From Octopus sinensis (lineage: Eukaryota), in contig NC_043002.1 in the NCBI RefSeq assembly GCF_006345805.1, positions 84,816,001-84,880,000 on the forward strand: a stretch of DNA of 64,000 nucleotides, read 5' to 3'. The position numbers were made by a program, and so were the translations under genes. The notes under the pieces were generated by a model. The model was not told the origin of the DNA. It saw only the letters and a list, made by a program, of their open reading frames with translations, and did no database searches. Shown here one piece after another: positions 49,636 to 61,617 of the stretch. Every line of letters starts with the position of its first letter. The stretch's first letter is position 1.

Positions 49636-51276
49636 AGCAGAGTTCATGAAAAACCCATCTGTTTTTCTCGATCTTAGAGAAACGTTTGAGCATAAATTGG
49701 TTGATTCCTTCATTACGTGCGGTCAAGTACTACTTTTATTGTGGCGGTCAATTGAACCATTTAATGATGATGATCAACCGGATGCTCACGGATATTACGG
49801 ACTACACTGTAATTGTCCCAGGGATACGGACTGTGATCCATGTGATTTGTGGAAATGCACGTAGCGATGCACTAAACATTTGTAAATTCTATACTAAGGT
49901 TATTGCTATTATTATTATTATCATATTTATCCTACATTATGTTGGCACAACTTGATACAACCCGGAAAAACTGGCTCACTAGTCAGCATAATTTGACGAT
50001 GCCCCGCATAATGGAATAGGAGTTTATTTGCATATTCTAAACGTTACCATAGACAAATATAAAAGATATATATATATATATATATAACTACCTAATAAAT
50101 AAATAATTTAGTTTTAAATGATTGAATTATTAAACAATTCCTATATAATCTTCTCTTTTCTATTGACGATAAAAAGGTATATATGCTTCATCATGGTTTT
50201 AGTGATTAATCTCTTTATTCCTTTCTATGGTGTTCTACCCTACCTGATCATATTATTTTTATAAAAGCCTTTATGAAAATAAACCTAATTTTTGTACTCT
50301 TAGATATTTATATTAGCTTATATATAACAGCACTGGTAGGTTTACAACTGATAATATACCTCTTACATTATAATTAATACATAGTTAGCATGTTCTGTCG
50401 ACCCAGTACTCCTTTATTAAATGCCAGTAAATACCAGTGATCAATATTCATAGATACTATCTAATAAGTAAATATTTAAGTATATGAATAAATATTAAAC
50501 TAATTCTATGTCATTTCTTTTCTCCCCCTATTGTTGTAAATTTTGGTATATACTCAAAAGTATTAAAACATTCATCCTTTTGGTTATAATATTCTTAATA
50601 TTTTTCTTGCTTACCCTAAATTTTATCTTTATACAATATAACAATATTGTTTAAATCATTCAACTATAGTACCTCATGATAAAATTTCCATTGTATTATC
50701 ATCATTGGTTTTATTAGAGTCTTGCCCCTTTAACTGGCAATTAACATCTTGATTTAAGATCTTCCTTTACCAAACCTCATTATAGACAGTTACTTCATAT
50801 TATTTCAAATTAATCTTGACAAGTTTTATGACTATACCCACGATGATTCTGTCAACTCCCTCAGGTCCCTTAATAACAGACAATGCTCTTTGGTCTTAGA
50901 TTTTGATATACAAAAATTTGATAAACAGGACTATGAATTAAAACCGACCCAAAAATCAGTGACAAGCTAGACCTCTAACAAGCTTTTTTCCTGATGTCCT
51001 TAGTAGCTTCTAAGCTGAAGTGAATACAGCATGGACTTTGTCTGTCTTCTTACCGTCTTACAGGATTTAGGTAAAATTATACTTATGCGGCAGAGCATAG
51101 CTCTGCATTTCAATTTATGTAATGATTGCATTGTTCAATTAAACGTTGTTTATTTTTATTTTATTCACTTTATTTTGAAACTGTACGGATAATTCCGCAC
51201 TAATTTTTGGTGCCACAACTCAAGTACCTGATTCATCTGAATCTCAATTATTTTGCTTATATCTTTACATATATAT

Positions 51277-51354
<78 letters not shown>

Positions 51355-51360
51355 ATATAT

Positions 51361-52212
51361 ATTTCAACAATTGAGGGTAAATTAATTAATTATTAATCAA
51401 TTTCACCAAGTATTCAGTATGTAAAGGGACCATTTAAGGCGAATTCAAAATATTACATTTTATAAAGGGCTTAGTAAAATAAATTACTTTTTTTTAATGT
51501 TTTTACCCCCATACCTTCGTGGGCTATTTTGAGTAAGCACTATCTGAGAGAAATTTTCTTTAAGTATTAGAATTTGGCTAAAAAATTTTTTTGGCTGTTA
51601 TTTCTAATGAGTTCAGTATGTGGCAAAGTAATTTATTTTACTAAGCCCTTTATAAAATGTAATATTTTGAATTCGCCTTAAATGGTCCCTTTACATACTG
51701 AATACTTGGTGAAATTGATTAATAATTAATTAATTTTACCCTCAATTGTTGAAATTATAATTCATTTCTCTCTGTTTAATGCTTCGGTTTTCACCGATAA
51801 AATTATGGTGTTTGCTAGGTTAGCCCAGAAATTCTTCACTTGCATATTTTGAATTTGTTGGCACTGTTAGTCTGAACGGATCTTCGGAGGTGAAAAGTCG
51901 CCAAAAGGGTATGCTCCTACTTTCAGTGTTTACAAATCCGAATTAAGGAATTTTGGGCTGACGAAAGAAATGTCGAATTGTATTTGGCTGATCTAGAAAC
52001 GTACGTTCTCAAATAACCTTTGCACTTGTGATTTTTTAAATTTTTTTAATGTTTTTACCCCCATACCTTCGTGGGCTATTTTGAGTAAGCACTATCTGAG
52101 AGAAATTTTCTTTAAGTATTAGAATTTGGCTAAAAAAATTTTTGGGCTGCTATTTCTAATGAGTTCAGTATGTGGCAAAGTAATTTATTTTACTAAGCCC
52201 TTTATAAAATGT

Positions 52213-52213
<1 letters not shown>
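51361..52213 (+). mobile_element. PLE pLTR / retrozyme-like unit: ~553-bp head-to-tail repeat with an inverted 5' copy and a hammerhead
   Basis: 51488-51662 repeated near-identically at 52041-52213; 51361-51490 is the reverse complement of 51625-51755; bounded by (TA)n. Confidence 0.75.
51952..52013 (+). ncRNA. Type I hammerhead ribozyme, canonical CUGACGA/GAAA core
   Basis: UUUGGG [CUGACGA] A-AGA-AAU-GUCGAA-UUGUA-UUUGGC-UGA-UCU-A [GAA]ACGUACGU U CUCAAA; helix I 6 bp, palindromic helix III; predicted cleavage after 52007; base of helix II is an A.A mismatch. Confidence 0.7.
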
Positions 52214-52268
<55 letters not shown>

Positions 52269-52283
52269 GTGCGTGTGTGTGTA

Positions 52284-53105
52284 TATCAGGTCATACGATG
52301 AAGAATTGGCAATAAAGCTTAGCTCAAACCATACAACTGTTCATCGTCATCTTCAACAACTTGGAAAGGTTCCTAAACATGGAAAATGGGTGCCTCATGA
52401 ATTGTCTGAAAACAACCGCAAATCCCGAGTTGACATCTGCTCTTCTCTCCATTCTCGCGAACTCATTTCACCCTTTTTCTATAGACTTTTGACTGATCAA
52501 GAAAAATGGATCTTCTATCGAAATGTTAAACGTCGTAAACAGTGGCTTGGTAAAAGGGAAAAGGTTCAACCACAACCGAGAAGGGAGCTTCATGGAAAAG
52601 ATTTCTCTCTATTTGGTGGGATTGCGAAGGAGTAATTCACTTTGAATTGTTACCACTTAATGCAACAATCAATGCTCAAGTCTACTGTCAGCAATTTGAG
52701 CGTTTGAACCAAGCTTTGAAGAAAAAAAGACCCACTTTAGTGAATCGAAAAGGAGTTATGTTTCATCAGGACAATGCGCGACCCCACACTGCAAATATCA
52801 CATCACAGAAGATCGAAGAAAATTCTTCATCCACTTTATTCTCCCGACCTTGCTCCTTCAGACTACCATTTGTTTCGTAGTTTACAGAATCATTTGGGGG
52901 ACATAACTTTCGCAAGCCAGGAGGAGATCGAAACTGAGATTTCAGAGTTCTTCGTTTTGAAACCAAAAGAGTTTTACATTGATGGGATTAAAAAGCTTGT
53001 AAATAGATGGAAGGAAGTCATAGATAATCAGAGAAAGTACATTGGCGATTAAATTCCAATTAAATATAATATTTGATCACTTGTTTTCTTTAGTCAAAAT
53101 TCGGA
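52284..53105 (+). mobile_element. Mariner (Hsmar1/SETMAR-like) transposase relic, 5' deleted
   Basis: GKWVPHELSENN...LLTDQEKWIFY...MFHQDNARPH...HPLYSPDLAPSDYHLFRSLQNHL...RWKEVIDNQRKYIGD* (stop 53050-53052); frameshifts. Confidence 0.95.
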
Positions 53106-54229
53106 CCAGTACTTCTGATAAAGCTGTCCAATATTGGTGTCACTGGAAAGCTGCTGCAGTGGATCAAGTGCTTCCTGTCTAACAGAACCCAACATGTTGT
53201 AGTCGAAGGAGTCAAATCCAGCCCAGCCAAAGTCAGCAGTGGTGTCCCACAAAGCACTGTGTTGGGCCCACTTCTCTTCATCATCTACATAAATGATATT
53301 ACTGACACCATCAAACACAGTAAAATCAGAACCTTTGCTGATGATTCCAAGCTCCAGAAGGTCATCAACGGTGTGGATGACCGAATAAGCCTTCAGTCAG
53401 ACCTACTGGCTGTTGTCCAATGGGCGGAAAAGAATAACATGTTCTAAACGAAGACAATTCGAACTGATCCACTTTGGAAGGGAGGACGCTCTGAAACTCC
53501 ATACTCCCTTCCTTCTGGAGAAATTCTCATGGCATCCAACAACATCAGAGACTTGGGAGTAACAGTGGACAACAACATAAGCTGGGCTACACATATAAGC
53601 AGGCAAGTTGACATGGCCCGCAGAATGTGTTCCTGGATTCTCAGAACCTTCCAGTCGAGAGATTCCCACACTATTATCCTTCTCTTCTCCATTTTTGCCC
53701 GACCCCACACCTTGAATACTGCTGTCCACTGTGGTCTCCCTACACAAAACAAATTATATGAGAATTGAAGCTCCCCAAAGGTCATCACAAAAGTTTAGAT
53801 GGCATGTCAGACCTTGACTACTGGGATAGACTAGAGAAGCTGAAACTGTATTCACTCCAACGACGCCGTGAACACTACATTATCTGTATGACGTGGAAAA
53901 TATTCCATCAGCACTGTCCGAATGATGTGGCATCACCTTTCAAATACATCCAAGGCTTGGACCACGTGCTATCCATCCACAACAAAAATCTAAATCGCAC
54001 CACATAACGACATACGGCACAACTATTTCACCTCAATTGGACCCGCTCTCTTCAACATTACACCAGGACATGTCAAAAAAGAAACTGACCACACAAAATT
54101 CAAGAAGTCTTTGGACAAATTCCTTCAAACAGTCCCGGACCACAACCACCCACACCCGGATATGTCTCCGCAAACAATAACTCTCTGCTCGAATGGGCCT
54201 TGGTACCCCAATCCTGAATTGAAAGACTT
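53106..54229 (+). mobile_element. 5'-truncated CR1/L2-like LINE RT fragment, running into the gap
   Basis: LLIKLSNIGVTGKLLQWIKCFLSNRTQHVVVEG...SGVPQSTVLGPLLFIIYIND...FADDSKL...LQSDL...RDLGVTVDNNISW...YWDRLEKLKLYSLQRRRE; frameshifts. Confidence 0.93.
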
Positions 54230-54329
54230 NNNNNNNNNNNNNNNNNNNNNNNNNNNNNNNNNNNNNNNNNNNNNNNNNNNNNNNNNNNNNNNNNNNNNNN
54301 NNNNNNNNNNNNNNNNNNNNNNNNNNNNN
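54230..54329. other. Assembly gap (exactly 100 N)
   Basis: Run of 100 N; true size unknown, so adjacency across it is uncertain. Confidence 1.
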
Positions 54330-54712
54330 ACCAAAGCCTTGTGAGTGGATTTGGTAGGCGGAAACTAAAAGAAGCCCGTCGTATATATGTATATATATAT
54401 GCGTGTGTGTGTTTGTGTGTCTGTGTTTGTCCCCCTAGCATTGCTTGATAACCGATGCTGGTGTATTTCTGTCCCCGTTACTTAGCGGTTCGGCAAAAGA
54501 GACCGATAGAATAAGTACTGGGCTTACAAAAGAATAAGTCCCGGGGTCGATTTGCTCGATTAAAGGCGGTGCTCCAGCATGGCCGAAGTCAAATGACTGA
54601 AACAAGTAAAAGAGTAAAAGAGTATATAGATATATAGATAGATAGAAAGATAGATATAGATATAGATATAGATATAGATATATATACATATATCTACATT
54701 TCTCTCTCTCTC

Positions 54713-54753
<41 letters not shown>

Positions 54754-55065
54754 TACATGTTGATCACGACACCTATCAGCCTTTTATTTTCGTACATTTG
54801 AACCATATAAATATATATAATACATGCATGTGTGTGTGTCTGTGTGCCCTAGAACCCATTGACGGCTGGTATTGTTTTGTTTACGTCCGTACATTAGCAG
54901 TTGAGCACAAGAGATAGATAGAATGAGTACCAAACTTAAAAAAGAAGAAAACATAAGCAGTGGAATCGATTTGTTCGACAAAACACTTGTATGGATCCCT
55001 AGTATGGTCGAGTTGCACAAGTATGGTCGCAGTCCAGTGACTGAAGCGAGTGAAGGAGAAAGAAT
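54330..55065 (+). mobile_element. SINE A (54330-54622, 5' end lost in the gap) and a diverged SINE A 3' half (54835-55065)
   Basis: CCTTGTGAGTGGATTTGGTAG...GGCGGTGCTCCAGCATGGCCG...AAGTAAAAGAG. Confidence 0.88.
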
Positions 55066-55222
55066 AAAAGAAAATATAATGGTAGGTAGTTGTGGAGCCT
55101 GCCTTAAAATCTGTTATGTCTCGGTCTTATTGTTTAGCATCAGATGAGCCATGACCGAAGAGACACGTTCTCCTTAAAGGCGTTCCAGACATGACAACCC
55201 CGTACTTTTCTAGACCATTATG

Positions 55223-55414
55223 TACGAGGGGGTGCTGAAACTTTCCTGATTTTAAGGGTATTGCGAAAGGCCTAGTTGGAAGCCCAAACTTCTGAGTTCT
55301 TTTACAGGGCTTAGAAAAAATAAGGGCGCGGAATATGTTGAAAAAAATCATAATTAACTGATCCTCCTGTATTTTCTTTTACTCAAAGTCAGGAACTCTA
55401 CAGCACCCCTAGTA
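55223..55414 (+). mobile_element. Mariner-derived MITE with TA TSD
   Basis: TA-CGAGGGGGTGCTGAAACTTTCCTGA ... TCAGGAACTCTACAGCACCCCTAG-TA; homologous to 38789-38997. Confidence 0.85.
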
Positions 55415-55509
55415 TCTAGCATTATATAGTCTATCCAATATGGTAATTTCTTTCACGAGACAGCTAGTTATAATTTGTCTGTTATATCTAACGCCTAGAA
55501 TGATAGAGA

Positions 55510-55950
55510 AATAAGATGAGGATGATAAGGATTGATGCTTCGACGACAACGACGAAGATGATGAAAATGGCGGCGACAATGACGACAACGATGATGGCGA
55601 CTGTATCGGTGACTGTGGTGAAGCTGATGACGATGATCATTATGACGACGACGAGGAAGACGACGAGGACGACGACGACGAAGACGACGAGGATGGCGGC
55701 GATGATGACGACGTCAGCAACGATGACGATGATGATGAGGGAGCGATGATGCCGATGATGACGACAGCATTGACAACAACGACAATGACGATGATACTAT
55801 TGCTACAGTTGCTGCTAATGATGATGACGATGATGAGGATTGTGACGACGACGATGGTGATGATTACGATGATGACGACGAAGATGATGGTGATGATGAT
55901 GATGATGGTAATGATGATGACAACGACGATGACGACGACGACGACGTCAA
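55510..55950. repeat. Degenerate (GAT)/(GAC)/(ACG) array
   Basis: Visible; poly-M/T pseudo-ORFs. Confidence 0.9.
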
Positions 55951-56113
55951 TATAGAATGTAAATAACGAAGGAATAAGTCTGTGTCAGGCTAAATTGACG
56001 AATTTTTTGGCTGACTGGAGTTGTATAGAGATTTGTAAAGTCATCGCCGGGAAGCTGTCAGTTTGCTATGTGTGTTAATAAATAGCATTGTTTAATTATA
56101 GCTATGGGTTGTC

Positions 56114-56164
<51 letters not shown>

Positions 56165-56377
56165 ACACACACATTCGGACACCCACACGCACGCACGTGT
56201 ATGTATATGTGTGTGTATGTAGATAGACAGACGGAAAGACAGATACATATATACATATTACATACATACACCCATGCATATATACATACATAAATGAATA
56301 TATGTATACACATCCGCACACAATTTATAGACATGCTTGTGTGTAACCATATACAAAATGTATATATTCATTGTCTG

Positions 56378-56439
<62 letters not shown>

Positions 56440-56560
56440 GCATTGCAGTCTCGTCTGACATTGCTGTCCCTTCTGACCAATATATTACCCAAAACGTAGT
56501 CGAGAAATTGTCAAAGTACAAAGATCTTGAAATTGAAGTATTCAATATAGGGGGAAATTT
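56440..56560 (+). mobile_element. RLE-domain fragment of an R4/Dong-like LINE
   Basis: DIAVPSDQYITQNVVEKLSKYKDLEIEV. Confidence 0.75.
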
Positions 56561-56773
56561 TATTCGTTAACATGCCGGGAGTGATAAAAATCGTATGAGT
56601 GAAAAGGTAGAAGCTATATCAGAACCCTCAACACTACACACTATCCCCCAAAATTGCTCTGCTAGGAATAACCCACGCCATAGTACAACCCAGATACATC
56701 AATCCACAAACACAATACACCCTCTATACAGTAAATATGCAATAAAATAATAAAAAACCTACATGTACTCTGT

Positions 56774-57025
56774 GGAGGCGTGTAGCTTAGTGGTTACGGT
56801 GTCAGCATCATGATCGTAGGATTGTGGTTTCGATTCCTGGACCGGGCGACGCGTTGTGTTCTTGAGCAAAACACTTCATTTCACGTTGTTCCAGTCCACT
56901 CAGCTGGCAAAAATGAGTAACGCTGCGATGGACTGGCGTCCCGTCCAGCTGGCGAACACATACACCATTGAAACCGGGAAACCGGGCCCATGAGCCTGGC
57001 TAGGCTTTAAAAGGGCGCATTTATT
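56774..57025 (+). mobile_element. tRNA-headed SINE with CORE-like and V-domain-like segments
   Basis: TAGCTTAGTGG (A box), TTTCGATTCC (B-box-like), TGTGTTCTTGAGCAAAACACTT, CTGCGATGGACTGGCGTCCCGTCCAG; domain names are by recall, not search. Confidence 0.85.
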
Positions 57026-57266
57026 TAATTTTACATGTACTCTACAGGTCGGATACTCAACAGAACGCAACTCGCATGACACACAACACACAATACAAAT
57101 ACTAATACCACATAACACTGCAAAACCTGATGCAATACTATACTGGGAAGAGTTTGCACTCCTCCACGCCCTCCCCACAAAAGGAAACAAGAGCACAAAA
57201 TATTGCATACATCTCAGGAACAAAGAGGTGTCGAAGGTGATGCAGTAGAAATTTGACTGAAACTTT

Positions 57267-57757
57267 CTGATCTTAACTGATTAGAAGTGTTAACATGTAC
57301 GTGCTTTCTCTTGGTATGAAAATCAGACTTCATCAAATATTCTGCTCAATACCACAGATTTGCTTGTCAGTTGAGCATGTCCCTTTGTGGCTGATGATAT
57401 GTGCATTTCTGATCACAAGCAGAAGTAGTGGGAGATCATCATAGCTGAGAGGAATCATTTGAGGTTTGAATAATTCAGCTCAGAAAATATGGGCGGTTCG
57501 TTCATCATCCTTAAGCAGCCTTTATTCAGAGACCTCTTGAGCGGGATGGACTACTCGACCTGAAGAAGATTCTAACTGGGTCCCACTTGCAAGATCATGT
57601 GCTGTTTACCTTGATATGAGTTCACTATGTCGCGCACATATGGTTGTGATGCATGTGCCTGGTGTACCCTTATCAGACGGGTAGTCATGATGGGTATACC
57701 AGGCTTCATATATCTTACTCCAGTGTCATTAGATGGCATGCACTGCTCTCTCATTCA
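57267..57757 (+). mobile_element. Second copy (5' shortened) of the (AAT)n-bounded non-coding element
   Basis: TTCTGATCTTAACTGATT.GAAGTGTTA...GATGGCATGC.CTGCTCTCTCA.TCAATAAT matches 22381-22935. Confidence 0.88.
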
Positions 57758-57779
57758 ATAATGATAATAATAATAAATG

Positions 57780-58224
57780 AGTTACAGAGAATGAAGATCG
57801 CAAAATCTTTGGGATGCAATGATTCAGTGTGACCATCAAATCAAGCGCCGGAAATTTGACATTGTTGTGGTGAATGAAAAAGAGAAAAGCTTGCATGAGA
57901 ATCGCCATAGCATGTTCCGATGAAAACAGGATCAAAGAGAAAAAAGAATTATGACGATTTCAAGATGGAAATACGCAGGGTGTGGGCAATGAAGACAGTG
58001 GATGTGATACCAATAGTAATTGGCCCACTTGGAACTCAACTATCAACATGGCTCAAAAACATTGGTACAAATGTAAACATAGAACATCTACGAAAATCAT
58101 CATTGCTTGCAGCTGCAAGAGTTCTATGCCGGGTTCTTAAAGCATGATCAGCAAAGAAGTGTTACCTTAGTCTGCTGGCTGTGGGCAGTTGACAGTTTCC
58201 ATCATACCCAACAAAATCATAATG

Positions 58225-58290
<66 letters not shown>
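57780..58290 (+). mobile_element. R4/Dong-like LINE 3' fragment (RLE domain) with (AAT)n tail
   Basis: ENEDRKI/WDAMIQCDHQIKRRKFDIVVVNEKEK...NYDDFKMEIRRVWAMKTVDVIPIVIGPLG...LRKSSLLAAARVLCRVLKA* (stop at 58147); (AAT)n 58217-58290. Confidence 0.88.
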
Positions 58291-58291
<1 letters not shown>

Positions 58292-58705
58292 GGCGCAGCC
58301 GTAGCTGTGTGGTAAGAAGCTTGCTTCCCAACCACGTGCTTCTGGGTTTAGTTCACTGCGTGGCACCTTAAGCAAGTGTCTTCTACTATAGCCTCAGGCC
58401 GACCAAAACTTTGTGAGTAGATTTAGTAGACGGAAACTGAAAGAAGCCCGTCGCATATGTATATATACATTTATGTGTGTTTGTCTTTGTGTCTGTGTTT
58501 GTCCCCCCCCCTCCAGCATCGCTTGACAACCGATGCTGGTGTGTTTTTATCCCCGTAAAATAGCGGTTCGGCAAAAGAGATCGATAGAATAAGTACTAAG
58601 CTTATAAAGAATAAGTCTTAGGGTCGATTTTTTCGACTAAAAGGCGGTGCTCCAGCATGGCTGTAGTAAAATGACTGAAATAAGTAAAAGAATAAAAGAA
58701 TAATA
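58292..58705 (+). mobile_element. SINE family A, full length
   Basis: GGCGCAGCCGTAGCTGTGTGGTAAG...GGCGGTGCTCCAGCATGG...AAGTAAAAGAAT. Confidence 0.93.
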
Positions 58706-58724
58706 ATTTCTTTTTAATGCGCAC

Positions 58725-58954
58725 GTGGATGTATCAGAACTCAACTACCAACATGGCTCAAAAAAGATCAGTATAAATGTAAGAATAAAACACCTACAAA
58801 AATCAGCGTTGCTTAGAATTGCAAGAATTCATCGCAGGGTTCTTGAAGCACGACCAATAAACAAATTTCACGTTAGTCTACTGGCTGTGGACAGCTGACA
58901 TTTTTCATCATACCCAGCAAAATAAGTTGTGAGTTTTCATCAAATAATAATAAT
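58725..58954 (+). mobile_element. R4/Dong-like LINE 3' fragment with (AAT)n tail
   Basis: QLPTWLKKISINVRIKHLQKSALLRIARIHRRVLEA; 3' UTR similar to that at 58150-58215. Confidence 0.8.
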
Positions 58955-59316
58955 AACAAGAGCACTTAGAGAGCGCAAACCTCTTCCAAGGCAACACCAA
59001 CGTCCTCAGATAATTTTTAAAATGAGAATATCTGAAGTAAACTCGACTGCTCTCACAAACGAGAATACTAAAAAGAACCTGACTGATTTCAAAAATGAAG
59101 TAAAAATAAAAACCGGAAAAGTAATCCAGAATCCTTGTCTGGTACCGGATCGATCCCAAAATCTAATCAGTTCGTACTAGTCATGAGGGCAAAGATCCCT
59201 GAAAGTTTCATCCATGCAGCGGTTCTTGAGATATTTTGTCCACGGACAAACAAGCAGACAGACAAATAAACATGTCTGAAAACAATACTCCGCCTTCGCT
59301 AAGGCGGAGGTAATAA
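58955..59316 (-). mobile_element. Helentron-associated (HINE/DINE-1-like) non-autonomous element
   Basis: Terminal palindrome CTCCGCCTT-CGCT-AAGGCGGAG (59288-59309), (TGTC)n-like tract, GAAACTTTCAGGG and GATTTTGGGATCGATCCGG blocks, ends GCTCTCTAAGTGCTCTTG-TT. Confidence 0.7.
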
Positions 59317-59317
59317 T

Positions 59318-59440
59318 ATCTTCTACTATAGGTACAAGGCCTGAAATTTGGGGGAGGGGGCTAGTCGATTACATTAACCCCAGTACACAACTGATACTTA
59401 TTTTATCGACCCCGAAAGGATGAAAAGTAAAGTCAAACTG
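59318..59440 (-). mobile_element. SINE B 3' half
   Basis: CTTCTACTATAGGTACAAGGCCTGAAATTTGGGGG...ATCGACCCCGAAAGGATGAAA. Confidence 0.85.
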
Positions 59441-61365
59441 GACAGAAATAGTATTCAATATACACAATATTGTGCTAGCTTCTGCAGCCTTGAAGATACG
59501 CTAATACGTTGACACGCTAACACCAGGTGCATAAAATGCAAAAAAATTTTTTTTTTAAATAGAGAAAAAAAAACTATCTAAACTCTAGATAAACTGTCAA
59601 ATATAAGCGCACTTTTGTGTAGATTGTTATCAGATCTCTCAGAGATTGCAAACTAAAAATTGTGCCTTGTAATAGCATTCAGTCGTTTATTACCTGTTAT
59701 TTTTGACGTACCTTGAAGATACCTAAAACAGATTTAAGACAATATCAGAAAGAAAAAATATATATATATATATAGTCATAGCTGCCAATACAGAATTTAT
59801 TTCGTTTGCTGAGTCATGCAGCGATTTTTAGATTTGTTTTAATTTATTTCAATTGTCGTTTTATTGTTCTGTATATAAAGAAAAACGTAAAGTTGTCCTC
59901 TATATTCTTTTCGACACGTTCTCATTCTGACTGCACCTTTGTTTCACCTCTATCTAATTCTCTCTGCCTCTCTCTTCCTTTCCTTCTTCCTTTCTTTCTT
60001 TCTTCCTTTCTTTCTTTCTTACTCTCTCTTTCTTTCTTTCTTTCACTGTACATACATACACATATACATAAACGTGTATATATATATATACATACATACA
60101 TACATATATATACATACATTTATACATGTATATATACATACACACGTACACACACATACATACATAATACATACATACATACATACATACATACATACAT
60201 ACGTACATACATATATTCTTATATATGTAGGTGTGCTTGTGAATGTGTACCTGTCTGTATAGCTTTGCCTGATTCTCAGACTGTTGTCGTGCTCCCTCAT
60301 TCACACACACACACACACATACACACACACTCTCTCTCTCTCTCTTTTCTTCTTTTCTTCCACACAAAAATATAATACGAAAACAAGGAAATTATATCTA
60401 TTTCACTAAAGAACTGATTTGTCTGGTTTAAATGATTAATGTCTAGCAGACGTGAGAAGATAACAGACACTCAAACACACACACTCACACACAAACACCA
60501 TACACACAAACACACAAAATCCACACGCACTCTGATTAATTGCCATCTTATAAATCTGATAAATGACAACAAAGGTTTCCAAGACTGGGTGTCGGTTCAC
60601 TATAACTTCGCTTTGTGACAATAGTAAAGTAATTTCTCAGCAAATTTAGGGTTCTGCTCATCCGAGGTTAGCAAAGTTTTAGCTGAGAATAAATATCATA
60701 CCTTAACGAAATATGCTGAAACCTGTGGCTCTTGCTACTAGCCGTGTCAGTCTTCATTGTGCATACCAGTCAAAGCCAACAAAGCTATGATCATATCTTT
60801 TTTATGTTTAACCCTTTACCGTTCAAATTACTCTCTCTAGTATTAAAACGATAAACGTCGCCCTTTTCAAGCCTAGCCAGAAGTACCAATATAGCTAAAG
60901 TTTTACACAAAGTAGAATAGTATATATGGTAGGCAAATTCATTATGTAAAAAATAGGTATTGGGTCAAGACTAAAAATGTGAAGACTTGGCAATAACTTA
61001 GGCAATAACTCAAGCAAATTTTACTGTGAATTTGTTGTTATAGGTAGATTTTACTGTAATATATAACTAATTTTTGTATTATTCTATTTATTGTACTAAT
61101 TAAGTACTACAATTATTTTTTATAACATATTTTCAAATTTCTAATTATTAATTAATCATTTAAAAAAATGAATTGTTTTAAAGTGCAAAAAATATTTTGA
61201 GTTATTTCTAATTTTAATAGAAGTAACAAGTAACAACAAATGGAAGTAATGACTTGTAATCAAATTTTCAGTTTTAATAAAAGCTAATATTTTCTAAATC
61301 TAAATAGTTTATTTGAAATTCTATCCTTAGCTGCAATATTTTAAGTAAAAAGATTCTTGTTCTGT

Positions 61366-61422
<57 letters not shown>

Positions 61423-61427
<5 letters not shown>

Positions 61428-61617
61428 AAAATAGAACAAGGAGATAAACTCTCGGGATGTTAAACTATTTATATCTTGAAGTCCTGTACATATGTTTCGA
61501 CGGATGCACTCCTAAAACACTTTTGGGGTGCATCGGTCGAAACATATGTAGAAGACGTCAAGATATAAATGGTTTAACAACATCCCGAGCCTTCATTTCC
61601 TTATTCTATTTTCCTAT
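61423..61617. repeat. 195-bp imperfect hairpin (MITE-like foldback) next to (TA)n
   Basis: ATAGGAAAATAGAACAAGG...CATATGTTTCGAC.GATGCAC / GTGCATC.GTCGAAACATATG...CCTTATTCTATTTTCCTAT. Confidence 0.85.

Noticed and set aside
50180-50650. Possible degraded GIY-YIG remnant on the minus strand (SCKPTSAVIYKL…)
   Set aside because: Too decayed and AT-rich to support without a profile search
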